A stretch of 29,983 nucleotides of DNA from Polynucleobacter meluiroseus. GTDB lineage: Bacteria; Verrucomicrobiota; Verrucomicrobiia; Opitutales; UBA953. A program made the translations under genes and the position numbers. The notes below the pieces were generated by a model. That model was given only the letters and a program-made list of their open reading frames with translations, made no database searches and was not told the DNA's origin. Location: assembly GCA_943323725.2 (NCBI GenBank), contig CALPIW020000001.1, positions 1-29,983 of the forward strand, written 5' to 3'. This document shows, piece after piece, positions 1 to 8,759 of the stretch; within the stretch, counting starts at the first letter, position 1; every line of letters begins with the position of its first letter.

Positions 1-18
1 ATTCATGACCGGAGTGCT

Positions 19-1128
19 TTATTTCTTGGGTTCGCCTTCGGTGCCCGCGGGAGCCTTCTCCTCGGGGAGCGAGAGGTAATCGATCTGGACCACGAAGGCC
101 GAGAGCTTGCGTTGGACGACCGTGACGCGGCGCTCATCCGGAGAGGCGGAGGTGGCGGCGGCAGCCGGGGCAGCCGCGGCGGCGGGAGCCTGGTCGAAGA
201 ACGAGAGCGTCGCGGCGCCGGCGGCAGCCGGGGCGGCCGCGGCGGCCGGGGAGGCCGCGGCGGGGGAACCCATGAGTTTCTCGAACTCCGGGGTCGTGGT
301 GCCGACGTCGATGGAAGTCACCGCGACCGGACGTCCGGAATTGCGGATCTTATTGACGAAGGTGCGCAGGGTCGCGGTGTGTCCGACGAAGCGGACGCGG
401 AACGACAGGGCGTCGACGAGGCCCGGGCGGGCGAGCGTACGGACCGGCTTGAACTCGTCGACTTCGTTGCGGGTGGCTTCGCCGTCGGGACCAAAGGTGC
501 CGGCGCCAGGGCGGCCATCCGGGATGACGACGAAGGTCTCGATGGGTTCGCGGTCGACGGATTCGATCAGCAGCGGCGAACCGGCCGGCCGGGATTCGAT
601 GAGCTGACGGACGAGGAAATCGATGATCTGACGCTGCTGGTCGACCTTCTGGAAATCGCGCTTAGGTCCCGTGCCGGGGTTCTGGTAGTAGCGGTGGAAG
701 CCGAAGGTGGTCGGCTCGTTGGGCGCCAGCTTCACGCCTTGGTCGGTCGCCTGCTTGCGCCAGCCGTCGACGGATTCGCGGAGCAAGGCGCTGAGTTCGG
801 TGCCATTGGCGGTCGGCCGGCCGGGAATGGCCAGGTCGGGATTACCGGTGATCGCGGCACGCAGGCTGTCGCGATGCTTGGCAAGCTCGGCGACGTCGGC
901 ATGGGCGGCCTTCACGTTGTCGTCGTTGAGGGAGACCGGAGCTTCACCCGGACCGAAGGAGTGGCCACCCAGGAGGGCCGCCTCGGTGCTGGTGCTGCGA
1001 CGCAGCGATTCGGCCGTCTCGACGCCGCCGCTGTAAGCGAGGTAGGCCATGACGAGGCCGGCGACAAAAGCCCCGCCGAGGACGATGAGTCCGAGGTTGA
1101 AACCAAGATTCTTCTTGAAAGCGTTCAT
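19..1128 (-). CDS. Amuc_1100-family pilus-like membrane protein (PilO-like position)
   Basis: N-terminal TM helix, coiled region, FGF-x-x-Y motif, 'FRVRFVG...FVNKI...VAVTSIDV' segment and an Ala/Pro-rich stretch (PAAAGAATL) resemble Akkermansia Amuc_1100 as I recall it; lies directly downstream of a PilM-like gene. Confidence 0.75.
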   Translation of the reverse strand: MNAFKKNLGFNLGLIVLGGAFVAGLVMAYLAYSGGVETAESLRRSTSTEAALLGGHSFGPGEAPVSLNDDNVKAAHADVAELAKHRDSLRAAITGNPDLAIPGRPTANGTELSALLRESVDGWRKQATDQGVKLAPNEPTTFGFHRYYQNPGTGPKRDFQKVDQQRQIIDFLVRQLIESRPAGSPLLIESVDREPIETFVVIPDGRPGAGTFGPDGEATRNEVDEFKPVRTLARPGLVDALSFRVRFVGHTATLRTFVNKIRNSGRPVAVTSIDVGTTTPEFEKLMGSPAAASPAAAAAPAAAGAATLSFFDQAPAAAAAPAAAATSASPDERRVTVVQRKLSAFVVQIDYLSLPEEKAPAGTEGEPKK

Positions 1129-1132
1129 GGTC

Positions 1133-2836
1133 TTAGAGGGCCTTTTCCTTTTGGATGACGAGGGTGAGGGTGGCCTTCGGGGTCCGGATGGTGTTCTGGT
1201 CCGTCACGCTGATCTCGTTCTCCGGGATATTGGTCACGTAAGGCGACTTGCGCACGGCCTCCACCAACCGGGAGATGTGCACCTTCTCGGGAGCGGAGCG
1301 ATAACGCTTCTCGTCGAGCGGCACATCGATGAACAGGAAGCGGACCGAGAGGACGACCTTGGTGACGACGACGGGCGGAGCCGGCGGCTGTCCGTCCGTG
1401 GCCGGAGCCGACGGGAGCGTCTCGTACTTGACGTGCAGGTCCTCGATCCAGGTGTTCTTGCAGGTGCCGACGCGGGCCTGCAGGTCACCCAGGAAGGCCG
1501 GCCAGTTGGAACGATTGAGGATGACGTGCTCGAGTTCCTTGCACTTGGCGGCGAGTTCCGCGGCCTGCTTCCGGGATTCTTCGATGGAGGAGCGGCGGGC
1601 GGCGAGCTCGGCCTGGCGCTTCTGGACTTCGTCGATCTGCTGCTTGTTCCAACCTTCGGAGGAAGCGAGGGCCAGCCAGACGCAGAAAGGAGCGGCGGCG
1701 GCGAGCACGGCGGCGGCGAGGAGGCGCGGCTTGCGGGCGTCGAAGGCCTGCTGGGCGGCGATGTCGCGCGGGATGAGGTTGACGCCGCTGGGCTGAGGCA
1801 GGACGAGGCGGGCGGCTTCGCCGATGACCTCGGTGATCTGATGCTTCGCGCGCTGGAGCAGGTCGGCGGTGATGCCTTCGCCCGGCGTGATGACGGAGGA
1901 AGGATCGAAAGGCTCGACGCCGAGACGGAGGGTCTCGCAGAGCTGTTCGGCGAGGCCGGGGACCTGCGAACCGCGGCCGGTGATGAGGATGCGGGCCGGC
2001 TGACGGCCGTTGGCGCCGCGGCGGACGTTGATGAGGCGGCGGTTGATGTCCTGCGCCAGGCGGCGGATGAAGGTCTGCGCGTTGGCCTGCAGGACGGCGA
2101 CCTGCGGGTCGGACTCGGCCAGCTGGAGGACGCCGGAGAAGTAACCCACCTTGATGGCCTCGGAGGTGGCGAAAGGCTGGCCGGTGTTATCCGAGATACC
2201 CTGCGTGAGCAGGTTGCCGCCCATGTTCGTGGCGGTCTGGATGTTGACGCCGCTCGGACCGACGAAGCTGAGCGTGGTGGAGCGGGCGCCGACGTTGACG
2301 ATGAGGACTTCTTCGGCGGCCGAACCGCCGCCGAGGCGGAAGGCCTGGCTGTCGAGGAGAGGCGCGGCCTGGATCGACATGGGCCGGAGGCCGGTCGACG
2401 TCACCAAGTTGGCGATACGCGTGGCGACTTCGGTGCGCAGGGCGAAGAGCAGGACTTCGGCTTCGACGCCGTCGGAAGCCATGAGCTGGCTGTCCCAGAT
2501 GACTTCGTTGAGCGGATAAGGGATGGCGTTCTGGGCCTCGAAGGCGACGATCTGGGCCTGCTTGGCCTTCTCGACCTGCGCGACCTTGAGCGGCTTCTGG
2601 AGCAGCAGGAAAGCCGGCGCGATGACGGTGACGCGACCCTTGAGACCGTGCTGGTTGACCAGGTTGGCGAGCGCGGCGATGGCCGCGTTCAACCACTCTT
2701 CGTCGCCGGTCAGGCCGGGGGCGATCTCTTCGACGTAGAACTGCTCGAGGACGAGCGTGCCGGCGGCGGCGGAGAACTGCGAGACCGAGACGTTAGACGC
2801 GGCGAGATTGACGATGGTGGCCTTCTTCTGGCTCAT
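1133..2836 (-). CDS. pilM: PilM-like actin-fold protein fused to a PilN-like C-terminal region (Amuc_1101 family)
   Basis: PilM/FtsA-type motifs (QIVAFEAQNAIPYPLNEVIWD, IVNVGARSTT, ILITGRGSQVPGL), then 'VNLIP', a TM helix, a coiled coil and 'WPAFLGDLQ...TWIEDL' typical of PilN. Confidence 0.85.
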   Translation of the reverse strand: MSQKKATIVNLAASNVSVSQFSAAAGTLVLEQFYVEEIAPGLTGDEEWLNAAIAALANLVNQHGLKGRVTVIAPAFLLLQKPLKVAQVEKAKQAQIVAFEAQNAIPYPLNEVIWDSQLMASDGVEAEVLLFALRTEVATRIANLVTSTGLRPMSIQAAPLLDSQAFRLGGGSAAEEVLIVNVGARSTTLSFVGPSGVNIQTATNMGGNLLTQGISDNTGQPFATSEAIKVGYFSGVLQLAESDPQVAVLQANAQTFIRRLAQDINRRLINVRRGANGRQPARILITGRGSQVPGLAEQLCETLRLGVEPFDPSSVITPGEGITADLLQRAKHQITEVIGEAARLVLPQPSGVNLIPRDIAAQQAFDARKPRLLAAAVLAAAAPFCVWLALASSEGWNKQQIDEVQKRQAELAARRSSIEESRKQAAELAAKCKELEHVILNRSNWPAFLGDLQARVGTCKNTWIEDLHVKYETLPSAPATDGQPPAPPVVVTKVVLSVRFLFIDVPLDEKRYRSAPEKVHISRLVEAVRKSPYVTNIPENEISVTDQNTIRTPKATLTLVIQKEKAL

Positions 2837-2857
2837 ACGGGAAAGAGTGGGGAGGGA

Positions 2858-3580
2858 TTAGCGCGACCCGGCGTCTTCCCGGATGAACTCCGGCTGCGGC
2901 GAACCTTGGGGCAGGCTGTCGTAGAAAGCGGCGGGAACGAGGTAATGGGGGCGGAGCATGCCGGCGTTGGCATTGACGGCACGGTCCGCTTCGGAACGGG
3001 CACCGTCAAAGATCTTCTTGTCGAGGAACTGCTTATGCAGGGCGTTGGCCATGTCGGCGACGGGGCGGCCGGCTTCATTGAACAGGGGCTGCTCGCTGCC
3101 ACCGACCTCGATCTGGACGTAATAGTAGTCAGGCTGCATCTTGAGGCGGTCGCGCTTCACGATGTCGCCCGGGAGGTAGAAGTAGACGGAGCGGTCGGTG
3201 TTCACTTCCATGGTGAGCACGGTCGCGGTCGAACGATAGTAAGCGAACTCGGCGGCGGTAGTAGTGCCGATCGGCTTGAAGATGAGGGTCAGGGTCACCT
3301 TGACCTTATCGACCCAGCCCTTGTTGACCGGCTTCTTCGGGGTAGCTTCGGCCTCCGGAGTGGCCTTGGCATCCGGATTGAAATTCGCGTGGAGTTCGAC
3401 CTGCGTCCGGATCCAAGGATTCTGCTGACCGCCGAGTTTGACCGGATCGAAGTGGACGGAGCGCACGTTGACGGCGCTTTTCCCCGCGTTGGCATCAGCC
3501 TTTCCCGCCTGGGCGAGGAGAGCGGAAACGGACAAGCAGAACGCCATTAGGCTGGCAAAAACAGCACGTACTTGGGGCAT
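2858..3580 (-). CDS. Exported protein, probable Amuc_1102 family (pilus cluster)
   Basis: Start moved to ATG 3580 (MPQVRAVFASLMAFCLSVSALLAQA, signal peptide); beta-rich body; first gene of the pilM/Amuc_1100-like operon. Assignment rests mainly on synteny. Confidence 0.6.
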   Translation of the reverse strand: MPQVRAVFASLMAFCLSVSALLAQAGKADANAGKSAVNVRSVHFDPVKLGGQQNPWIRTQVELHANFNPDAKATPEAEATPKKPVNKGWVDKVKVTLTLIFKPIGTTTAAEFAYYRSTATVLTMEVNTDRSVYFYLPGDIVKRDRLKMQPDYYYVQIEVGGSEQPLFNEAGRPVADMANALHKQFLDKKIFDGARSEADRAVNANAGMLRPHYLVPAAFYDSLPQGSPQPEFIREDAGSR

Positions 3581-3590
3581 GGGGAGGGGA

Positions 3591-3619
3591 AATGTGTCTT
3601 TCGCCGAAGCGGGTGGCAA
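3591..3619 (-). promoter_or_regulatory. Putative sigma70 promoter of the pilus-like operon
   Basis: TTGCCA-N17-CACATT, 10 nt upstream of ATG 3580. Confidence 0.5.
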
Positions 3620-3640
3620 ATGCAAAAACAGACGCCTCGG

Positions 3641-3669
3641 GAACAATTGTTTAATGCAAATATCTTGCG
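3641..3669. promoter_or_regulatory. Two palindromes in the divergent pilus/metal-ABC intergenic region (candidate operators)
   Basis: AACAATTGTT (3642-3651, perfect) and TGCAA-ATATC-TTGCG (3655-3669, imperfect) in an AT-rich patch. Confidence 0.35.
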
Positions 3670-3702
3670 TCTAAGCCCTGAACCTGAAGCATCATTTTTT
3701 GC

Positions 3703-4596
3703 GTGCGCCGCCTCCTCCGCTTCATCCTTTGCTCCGTACTGCTATCGTCGGCTGCGTTCGCCGCCGCCGCCGAGCCGGCCAAGCCTTTGGTGGTCTCCAG
3801 CTTCACGATCATCGCTGACTGGGTGCAAGTGATTGGAGGTAAACAGTTTGAACAAGTCAACTTAGTCCCTTCCCATAGCGAAACCCACGGTTACCAACTG
3901 AACGCGCGGAATGCCCGTGACCTCCGCCGGGCCAGCCTGATCGTCGGGATGAGCCCCACGCTCGAGCCTTGGCTGGAAGCCTGGGCCAAAGCCAACGACC
4001 GCACCCCCCGCTTGCTCTGGCTGTTCGATGACCGCAAGGGCGACCACCCTGGCCATGCCCATGGTTCCGACCCCCACGCCTGGACGGACCCGGCCGAGGT
4101 GAAGAAAATGACCCGCACCCTCGCCACCCGGCTAGGAACCATCGGTTCAGCCGGGTTAATAGAAACATCTTATAATCAGTATGTTAAGGAGGTCGAGCGC
4201 GTCGACGAAGAGCTCCGCCGGCTGTTCGCGACCTTACCGGCGAATCGGCGCAATCTCGTGACCCAGCATGCCAACCTGGGCCACTTCGCGGAAAGCTATG
4301 GCCTGCGGATCGCCCGGACGATCCTCGCGAGCAGTTCCGCCGAATCCGCCGACCCCTCGGCCCGCCACTTCTCCGAACTCCTGGCCCTGATCCGCCACGA
4401 GGGCATCCGGGTCATCGTCACCGACGCCGGCCAGAGCGACATCTTCGCCCGCCGCCTGGCCGAAGACGCCGGACTCCCTCCGCCGCTGAGCCTTTCCTTC
4501 GAATACCTTGAACCAGCCGGCCGCCCGGGCGACAGTTGGACCGGCATGATGCTCCTTAATGGCCGTCGCCTCCACGAGGCCCTGTCCACCCGATGA
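3703..4596 (+). CDS. znuA: Zn/Mn ABC transporter substrate-binding protein (ZnuA/TroA family)
   Basis: Signal peptide; VVSSFTIIADW; metal-ligand His motifs ETHGY, DPHAW, VTQH; short His-rich loop DHPGHAH favours Zn, but specificity is inferred. Confidence 0.88.
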   Translation: MRRLLRFILCSVLLSSAAFAAAAEPAKPLVVSSFTIIADWVQVIGGKQFEQVNLVPSHSETHGYQLNARNARDLRRASLIVGMSPTLEPWLEAWAKANDRTPRLLWLFDDRKGDHPGHAHGSDPHAWTDPAEVKKMTRTLATRLGTIGSAGLIETSYNQYVKEVERVDEELRRLFATLPANRRNLVTQHANLGHFAESYGLRIARTILASSSAESADPSARHFSELLALIRHEGIRVIVTDAGQSDIFARRLAEDAGLPPPLSLSFEYLEPAGRPGDSWTGMMLLNGRRLHEALSTR

Positions 4597-5378
4597 CCCC
4601 CTTCTGGCAAAGGCTCGCCCGGCAGGTCGGCGACGCGGCCTTCGCGTTCCTGCCCACGCTCCCCTACTCCCGTCCGGAGAAGAAGGACTGTTCCGGTGAA
4701 GCCGTCGTCGCCCGCGGCCTGTCCGCCGGCGCCCGGGCCGATGGTCCGCCGGCCTTCCGCGCGGCGGACTTCTCCATCCCTTGCGGTTGCCGCACGGCGC
4801 TGATCGGCCCCAACGGCTCCGGCAAATCCACCCTCCTCCGCGTCCTGGCCGGACTCGTCCCGCCGCAAGCCGGCGAAGTCCTCGTCGCCGGCGCGCCGCC
4901 CGCGCTGGGTCGCAGCCGGATCGCCTATCTCTCGCAACGTCCGCAACTGACGGAAGGCTTCCCCCTGCGACTCCGCCGCCTGGTCCAGATGGGCACGTAC
5001 GCCCACCACGGCTGGTTCGAGGAATGTCGCCACGGGGAAGACGCCGTCGACCGGGCCCTCGCGCAGCTGGGGCTGACGGAACTGGCCGACCGCCCGGTGC
5101 ACGCGCTTTCCGGCGGCCAGCTGCAGCGCGCGCTCATCGCCCGCGCCTTCGTGCAAGGCGCCGAAGTGCTGCTGCTCGACGAACCGTACGCCGCGCTCGA
5201 CGCCGCAAGCCGCGAGATCATCGAACGCTTCCTCTTCGACCAAGGCCACGCCTTCACGGTCCTGATGGCCACGCACGATCCGGCCGACCTCGCGCGCTTC
5301 GACCGCATCCTCGAACTGCGCGACGGCGCCGTGCGCACGAAGCACGCCTGCTCGGGCCACGACCACCGCCATGCTTGA
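4593..5378 (+). CDS. znuC: Metal ABC transporter ATP-binding protein
   Basis: Walker A GPNGSGKST, LSGGQLQR signature, Walker B LLLDEP, H-loop ATHD; ATGA overlap with upstream gene. Confidence 0.9.
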   Translation: MTPFWQRLARQVGDAAFAFLPTLPYSRPEKKDCSGEAVVARGLSAGARADGPPAFRAADFSIPCGCRTALIGPNGSGKSTLLRVLAGLVPPQAGEVLVAGAPPALGRSRIAYLSQRPQLTEGFPLRLRRLVQMGTYAHHGWFEECRHGEDAVDRALAQLGLTELADRPVHALSGGQLQRALIARAFVQGAEVLLLDEPYAALDAASREIIERFLFDQGHAFTVLMATHDPADLARFDRILELRDGAVRTKHACSGHDHRHA

Positions 5379-6183
5379 TCTCCTGCTCGAGCCGCTGTCG
5401 GAACCCTTCTTCGTGCGGGCGCTCCTCGCCGTCGCCCTCGGCGGCGTGACGTGCGCCTGCCTCGGCGCCTACGTGGTGCTGCGCCGCATGGCGTTCGTGA
5501 GCACGGCCCTCACCCACTCCATCCTGCCCGGCGTGGTCGGGGCCCTGCTGCTCGGCTTCTCGCCCTACCTCGGCGCGCTCGCGGCCGCCCTGCTCACGGC
5601 CGGCGGCGCGGCCTGGCTCGCGGCGCGCAAAGGCGCCAGCGAGGACAGCGCCATCGGCGTGATGCTTTCGGTGATGTTCGCGGCGGGCGTCGCGCTCATG
5701 CAGCAGGCGAACTCGTGGCGCGACTTCGCCGGGCTGCTCTTCGGCAGCGTGGTGGCGGTCGGCGCGGACGACCTCCTGGTGATCGCCGCAACCACGGTCG
5801 GCGTGCTCTTCGGCCTGCGCGTCCTGCACAAGGAACTCGAGCTGGCCTCCTTCGACGAAGAATACGCCTCGCTGCTCGGCGCGCGTCCCGGCCTCATGCG
5901 CGTCGTGCTGCTCGCGCTCGTCGCGCTCGGGGCGGTGTCCTGCGTGAGCCTCGTCGGCGCGCTCCTGACCACGGCGCTCTTCGTGATCCCGGCGGCGACG
6001 GGCGTGCTGCTCGGCCGCACCGTCCCGCAGGTCATGGCCTGGGGCGTCGGCTGCGCGCTCGCGGGCGGCGTCGCCGGCCTGTATCTTTCGTATTACCTGC
6101 CGGCGGTGCCGTCGGGCGCCGGCATCGTGCTGTGCTGCGCGCTGCCGTACCTGCTCGCGCGGCTCTTCGCGCCGCGGCGCTGA
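5371..6183 (+). CDS. znuB: Metal ABC transporter permease (ZnuB/ABC-3 family)
   Basis: Multi-TM; LGAYVVLRRMAFVSTALTHSILPG, EDSAIG, SFDEEYA motifs. Confidence 0.9.
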   Translation: MLDLLLEPLSEPFFVRALLAVALGGVTCACLGAYVVLRRMAFVSTALTHSILPGVVGALLLGFSPYLGALAAALLTAGGAAWLAARKGASEDSAIGVMLSVMFAAGVALMQQANSWRDFAGLLFGSVVAVGADDLLVIAATTVGVLFGLRVLHKELELASFDEEYASLLGARPGLMRVVLLALVALGAVSCVSLVGALLTTALFVIPAATGVLLGRTVPQVMAWGVGCALAGGVAGLYLSYYLPAVPSGAGIVLCCALPYLLARLFAPRR

Positions 6184-6552
6184 TCAGAAGCGCGGCGGGC
6201 GGAGGCAGAGGGGCGGACCGAGCACCTCGCGGGCGACGATCGCCTGGCGCAGCGCGGCCGCGCCGCGGAACTGCGAACGGGAAAGCGCGCGGGCCGGACG
6301 GGTGACCACGAGGTCCGACGCGTCGAGATGCGGCGTGGCCGCCGGACGCGCCGACCCTTCGGCCCGCTCCTCGGCCGCTTTCGCGACGGGCTTGGCGGCG
6401 GGGCGCGGCTTGCGCACGCGACGCGGGAGGGGCGGCGGCGCGGCCATGGCCGTCGGCGCCGGCTGCTCGGCCTTCGCCTTCAGCTGCTGATAGGCCCACA
6501 CGGCGAAACCGCCGGCGGCCAGCAGGAGCTTGAAGATCGACGCGGCTTCCAT
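6184..6552 (-). CDS. Small membrane-anchored protein, YqfB-like
   Basis: N-terminal TM helix, Pro/Ala linker, C-terminal LRQAIVAREVLGPPL motif; follows floA. Confidence 0.6.
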   Translation of the reverse strand: MEAASIFKLLLAAGGFAVWAYQQLKAKAEQPAPTAMAAPPPLPRRVRKPRPAAKPVAKAAEERAEGSARPAATPHLDASDLVVTRPARALSRSQFRGAAALRQAIVAREVLGPPLCLRPPRF

Positions 6553-6554
6553 GC

Positions 6555-7568
6555 TCAGGCCTTGGCGCCGGGCGCGGGGCCGTCGCCGGCGATGCCCTTG
6601 CGCATCTCGGTGTCGGAACGGAGGTTCTCGAGGCGCTGGAAATCAAGGTAGCCCATGCGGCCCGAACGCAGGGCCTCGGCGAGGGCCTGCGGGATCTGGG
6701 CTTCGGCCTCGACGACGCGGGCGCGCATCTCTTCGACGCGCGCGCGCATCTCCTGCTCGAGGGCGACGGCGGCGGCGCGCCGGATCTCGGCCTGGGCCTG
6801 CGCCATGTTCTTGTTCGCGTTGGCCTGCGCTTCCTGGAGGGTGGCGCCGATGTTCTCACCGACGTCCACGTCGGCGATGTCGATCGACATGATCTCGTAG
6901 GCGGTGTTGGCGTCGAGGCCGCGCTCGAGCACGGTCTTGGAGATGCGGTCGGGGTTCTCGAGGACGAACTTGTAGCTCTCGGAAGAACCGATGGTCGTCA
7001 CGATGCCTTCGCCGACGCGGGCGATGATGGTCTCTTCCTGCGCGCCGCCGACGAAGCGGTCGAGGTTGGTGCGCACGGTCACGCGAGCCTTCACCTTCAC
7101 CTGGATGCCGTCCTTGGCCACGGCGTCGATGGTGGTGCGGCCGCTGGAAGGATTCGGGCAGTCGATGACCTTGGGGCTCACGGAAGTGAGGACGGCTTCG
7201 AGCACGGACTTGTTCGTGCCGCGGGTGGCGATGTCGATCGCGCAGGCGCGGTTCCAGTCGAGGTGCAGGCCGGCCTTCTGCGCGGCGATGAGCGCCTGTA
7301 CGGTCTGCACGATGTTGCCGCCGGCGAGGTAGTGGGCGTCGATCTTCTCGACGTCGACCGAGAGGCCGGCCTTGGTGGCGGCGATCTTGGCGTCGACGAT
7401 CACGCCGTAAGGCACGCCGCGCAGGCGCATGCCCACGAGGTCGAAGAGGCCGACCTCGGCGCCGGCGAGGCGGGCGCGGACCCAGACGGCCAGGAAGGTG
7501 AGCAGGAAGAGGACGAGCAGGAGCAAGGCTCCGGCGGCGACCCAGATGACGACATTAGGGATATCCAT
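6555..7568 (-). CDS. floA: Flotillin-like protein FloA (YqfA family)
   Basis: Characteristic motifs [76 protein letters not shown]. Confidence 0.93.
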   Translation of the reverse strand: MDIPNVVIWVAAGALLLLVLFLLTFLAVWVRARLAGAEVGLFDLVGMRLRGVPYGVIVDAKIAATKAGLSVDVEKIDAHYLAGGNIVQTVQALIAAQKAGLHLDWNRACAIDIATRGTNKSVLEAVLTSVSPKVIDCPNPSSGRTTIDAVAKDGIQVKVKARVTVRTNLDRFVGGAQEETIIARVGEGIVTTIGSSESYKFVLENPDRISKTVLERGLDANTAYEIMSIDIADVDVGENIGATLQEAQANANKNMAQAQAEIRRAAAVALEQEMRARVEEMRARVVEAEAQIPQALAEALRSGRMGYLDFQRLENLRSDTEMRKGIAGDGPAPGAKA

Positions 7569-7588
7569 GGTGGTAAGCGGGGAAAGGT

Positions 7589-8071
7589 TCAGCGCGCGCG
7601 GCGGACGGTGACGCGGCCGGCGCCGGCTTCGACGACGACGACGGGGGCGCCGCGTTCGACGAAGCCGTCGAGCGAGAAGGCTTCGAGCAGCGCACCGTCG
7701 ACCTCGGCGGTGCCGGAGGGAGCCAGCACGGTCAAGGCTTTGCCGGTCTTGCCGACATACACGGCGAAGCCCGCGGCGGCGGGGACGGCGGCGCCGTCGT
7801 TGCTGCTGACGTTGATCATCGCGCGGCCGATGCCGGTCTGCGGCAGGAGCCGGCGGAAGGCGAAGAACTCCAGGGCGAGGACGATGAGGAAGGTGACGCA
7901 GAAGAGCGCGCAGGTGAGCGCGCCCGCCGCGGCGGAGAGATAGATGCCGGCGAAGGAGACGGCGGCGCCGACGAACCCGAGGAACACGGTCGGCAGAAAG
8001 AATTCGGCGGCGATCAGGAGCAGGCCGGCCACGAGCAGGCTGACCGGCAACACAAGGGAGACTTCGTCCAT
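7589..8071 (-). CDS. Short NfeD-family protein (TM helices plus C-terminal OB-fold)
   Basis: [12 protein letters not shown] motif; G-x-x-G-x-A-x-T-x-L-x-P-x-G OB-fold motif; no protease domain; upstream of floA. Confidence 0.85.
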   Translation of the reverse strand: MDEVSLVLPVSLLVAGLLLIAAEFFLPTVFLGFVGAAVSFAGIYLSAAAGALTCALFCVTFLIVLALEFFAFRRLLPQTGIGRAMINVSSNDGAAVPAAAGFAVYVGKTGKALTVLAPSGTAEVDGALLEAFSLDGFVERGAPVVVVEAGAGRVTVRRAR

Positions 8072-8077
8072 GCCGGC

Positions 8078-8106
8078 ACGATGCCGCGGCCGGGCGGCCT
8101 TTCCAA
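8078..8106 (-). promoter_or_regulatory. Putative promoter for a leaderless nfeD-floA transcript
   Basis: TTGGAA-N17-CATCGT-N6-ATG(8071). Confidence 0.45.
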
Positions 8107-8164
8107 TCTTTTCCGAAACCCCTGACTACAAAGCCGGGGCGTGGTTATAAGCCCCCTGTCTCGC

Positions 8165-8194
8165 TTGCGGAACCGCACCCGTCCGCCCTAGCCT
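8165..8194 (+). promoter_or_regulatory. Putative promoter for a leaderless CII-like gene transcript
   Basis: TTGCGG-N18-TAGCCT-N5-ATG(8200). Confidence 0.5.
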
Positions 8195-8199
8195 GCCCC

Positions 8200-8715
8200 A
8201 TGCCTAAGAAACCCGCCGCCCCCCGCCGAAGCCGGATCAAGGAAGCCCACCACGTCCTGGAAGACGCCTTGCGGAAGGCCGGCGAAGACCGACCGGGCGA
8301 TCAGGCCCAGGTCCACGGACAGGTCGCGAAGTCCCTCGGGGTCTCGCCGTCCATGCTGTACAAATGGCGCGAGCCGGCGGACCAAGGCAGCGGCCAGCCC
8401 AACCCGCTCCACCGCACGGCGCAGCTGATCGTGCTCACCGGCGACACGCGCATCCTCGACTGGCTGGCGGAGAAAGCCGGCGGGCAGTTCACGCCGGTCG
8501 AGACCGAACCCGCCGCCGGCGCCCTCGACCAGGCGGCCAACACGCTCGTCCGCGAATTCGGCCTGCTCATCGCCGACGTGGCCGACGCCATCGCCGACCG
8601 ACGCGTCACGCCGGACGAGACGCAGGCCCTGCGCACCAAATGGAACGGACTGCGCAAGCGCGCCGAGACGTTCGTCCGCCGCTGCGAGAAAGGCGACTAC
8701 GGCGCCGACAAGTGA
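8200..8715 (+). CDS. Phage regulatory CII-family-like DNA-binding protein
   Basis: HTH-like VAKSLGVSPSMLYKWRE, then GSGQPNPL...ILDWLA...GGQF and C-terminal helical D-x-x-V-T-x-x-E motif, as in CII/CP76-like proteins. Confidence 0.65.
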   Translation: MPKKPAAPRRSRIKEAHHVLEDALRKAGEDRPGDQAQVHGQVAKSLGVSPSMLYKWREPADQGSGQPNPLHRTAQLIVLTGDTRILDWLAEKAGGQFTPVETEPAAGALDQAANTLVREFGLLIADVADAIADRRVTPDETQALRTKWNGLRKRAETFVRRCEKGDYGADK

Positions 8716-8759
8716 GCGTTTTCGCTTTCCCCGCCCCCGCGAAAAGGTAACCAGAAGCC

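Noticed and set aside
140-270. GCGGCGGC-type repeats in the first gene and in pdhC
   Set aside because: Explained by Ala/Pro-rich linker codons, not DNA-level repeats.
1049-3550. 833-aa + strand ORF (and similar long ORFs at 15403-18057, 10888-12963, 13081-14286, 17895-19160, 28192-29586)
   Set aside because: Antisense shadows of well-supported genes. High GC3 suppresses stops on the opposite strand, and the translations have no recognisable motifs.
3820-4200. Locally more AT-rich codons in znuA as a sign of horizontal transfer
   Set aside because: Patches are short and judged by eye only; the operon is translationally coupled and has no mobility signatures.
8200-8715. Prophage remnant around the CII-like gene
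   Set aside because: No integrase, structural genes, att-like repeats or obvious compositional shift; neighbours are housekeeping genes.
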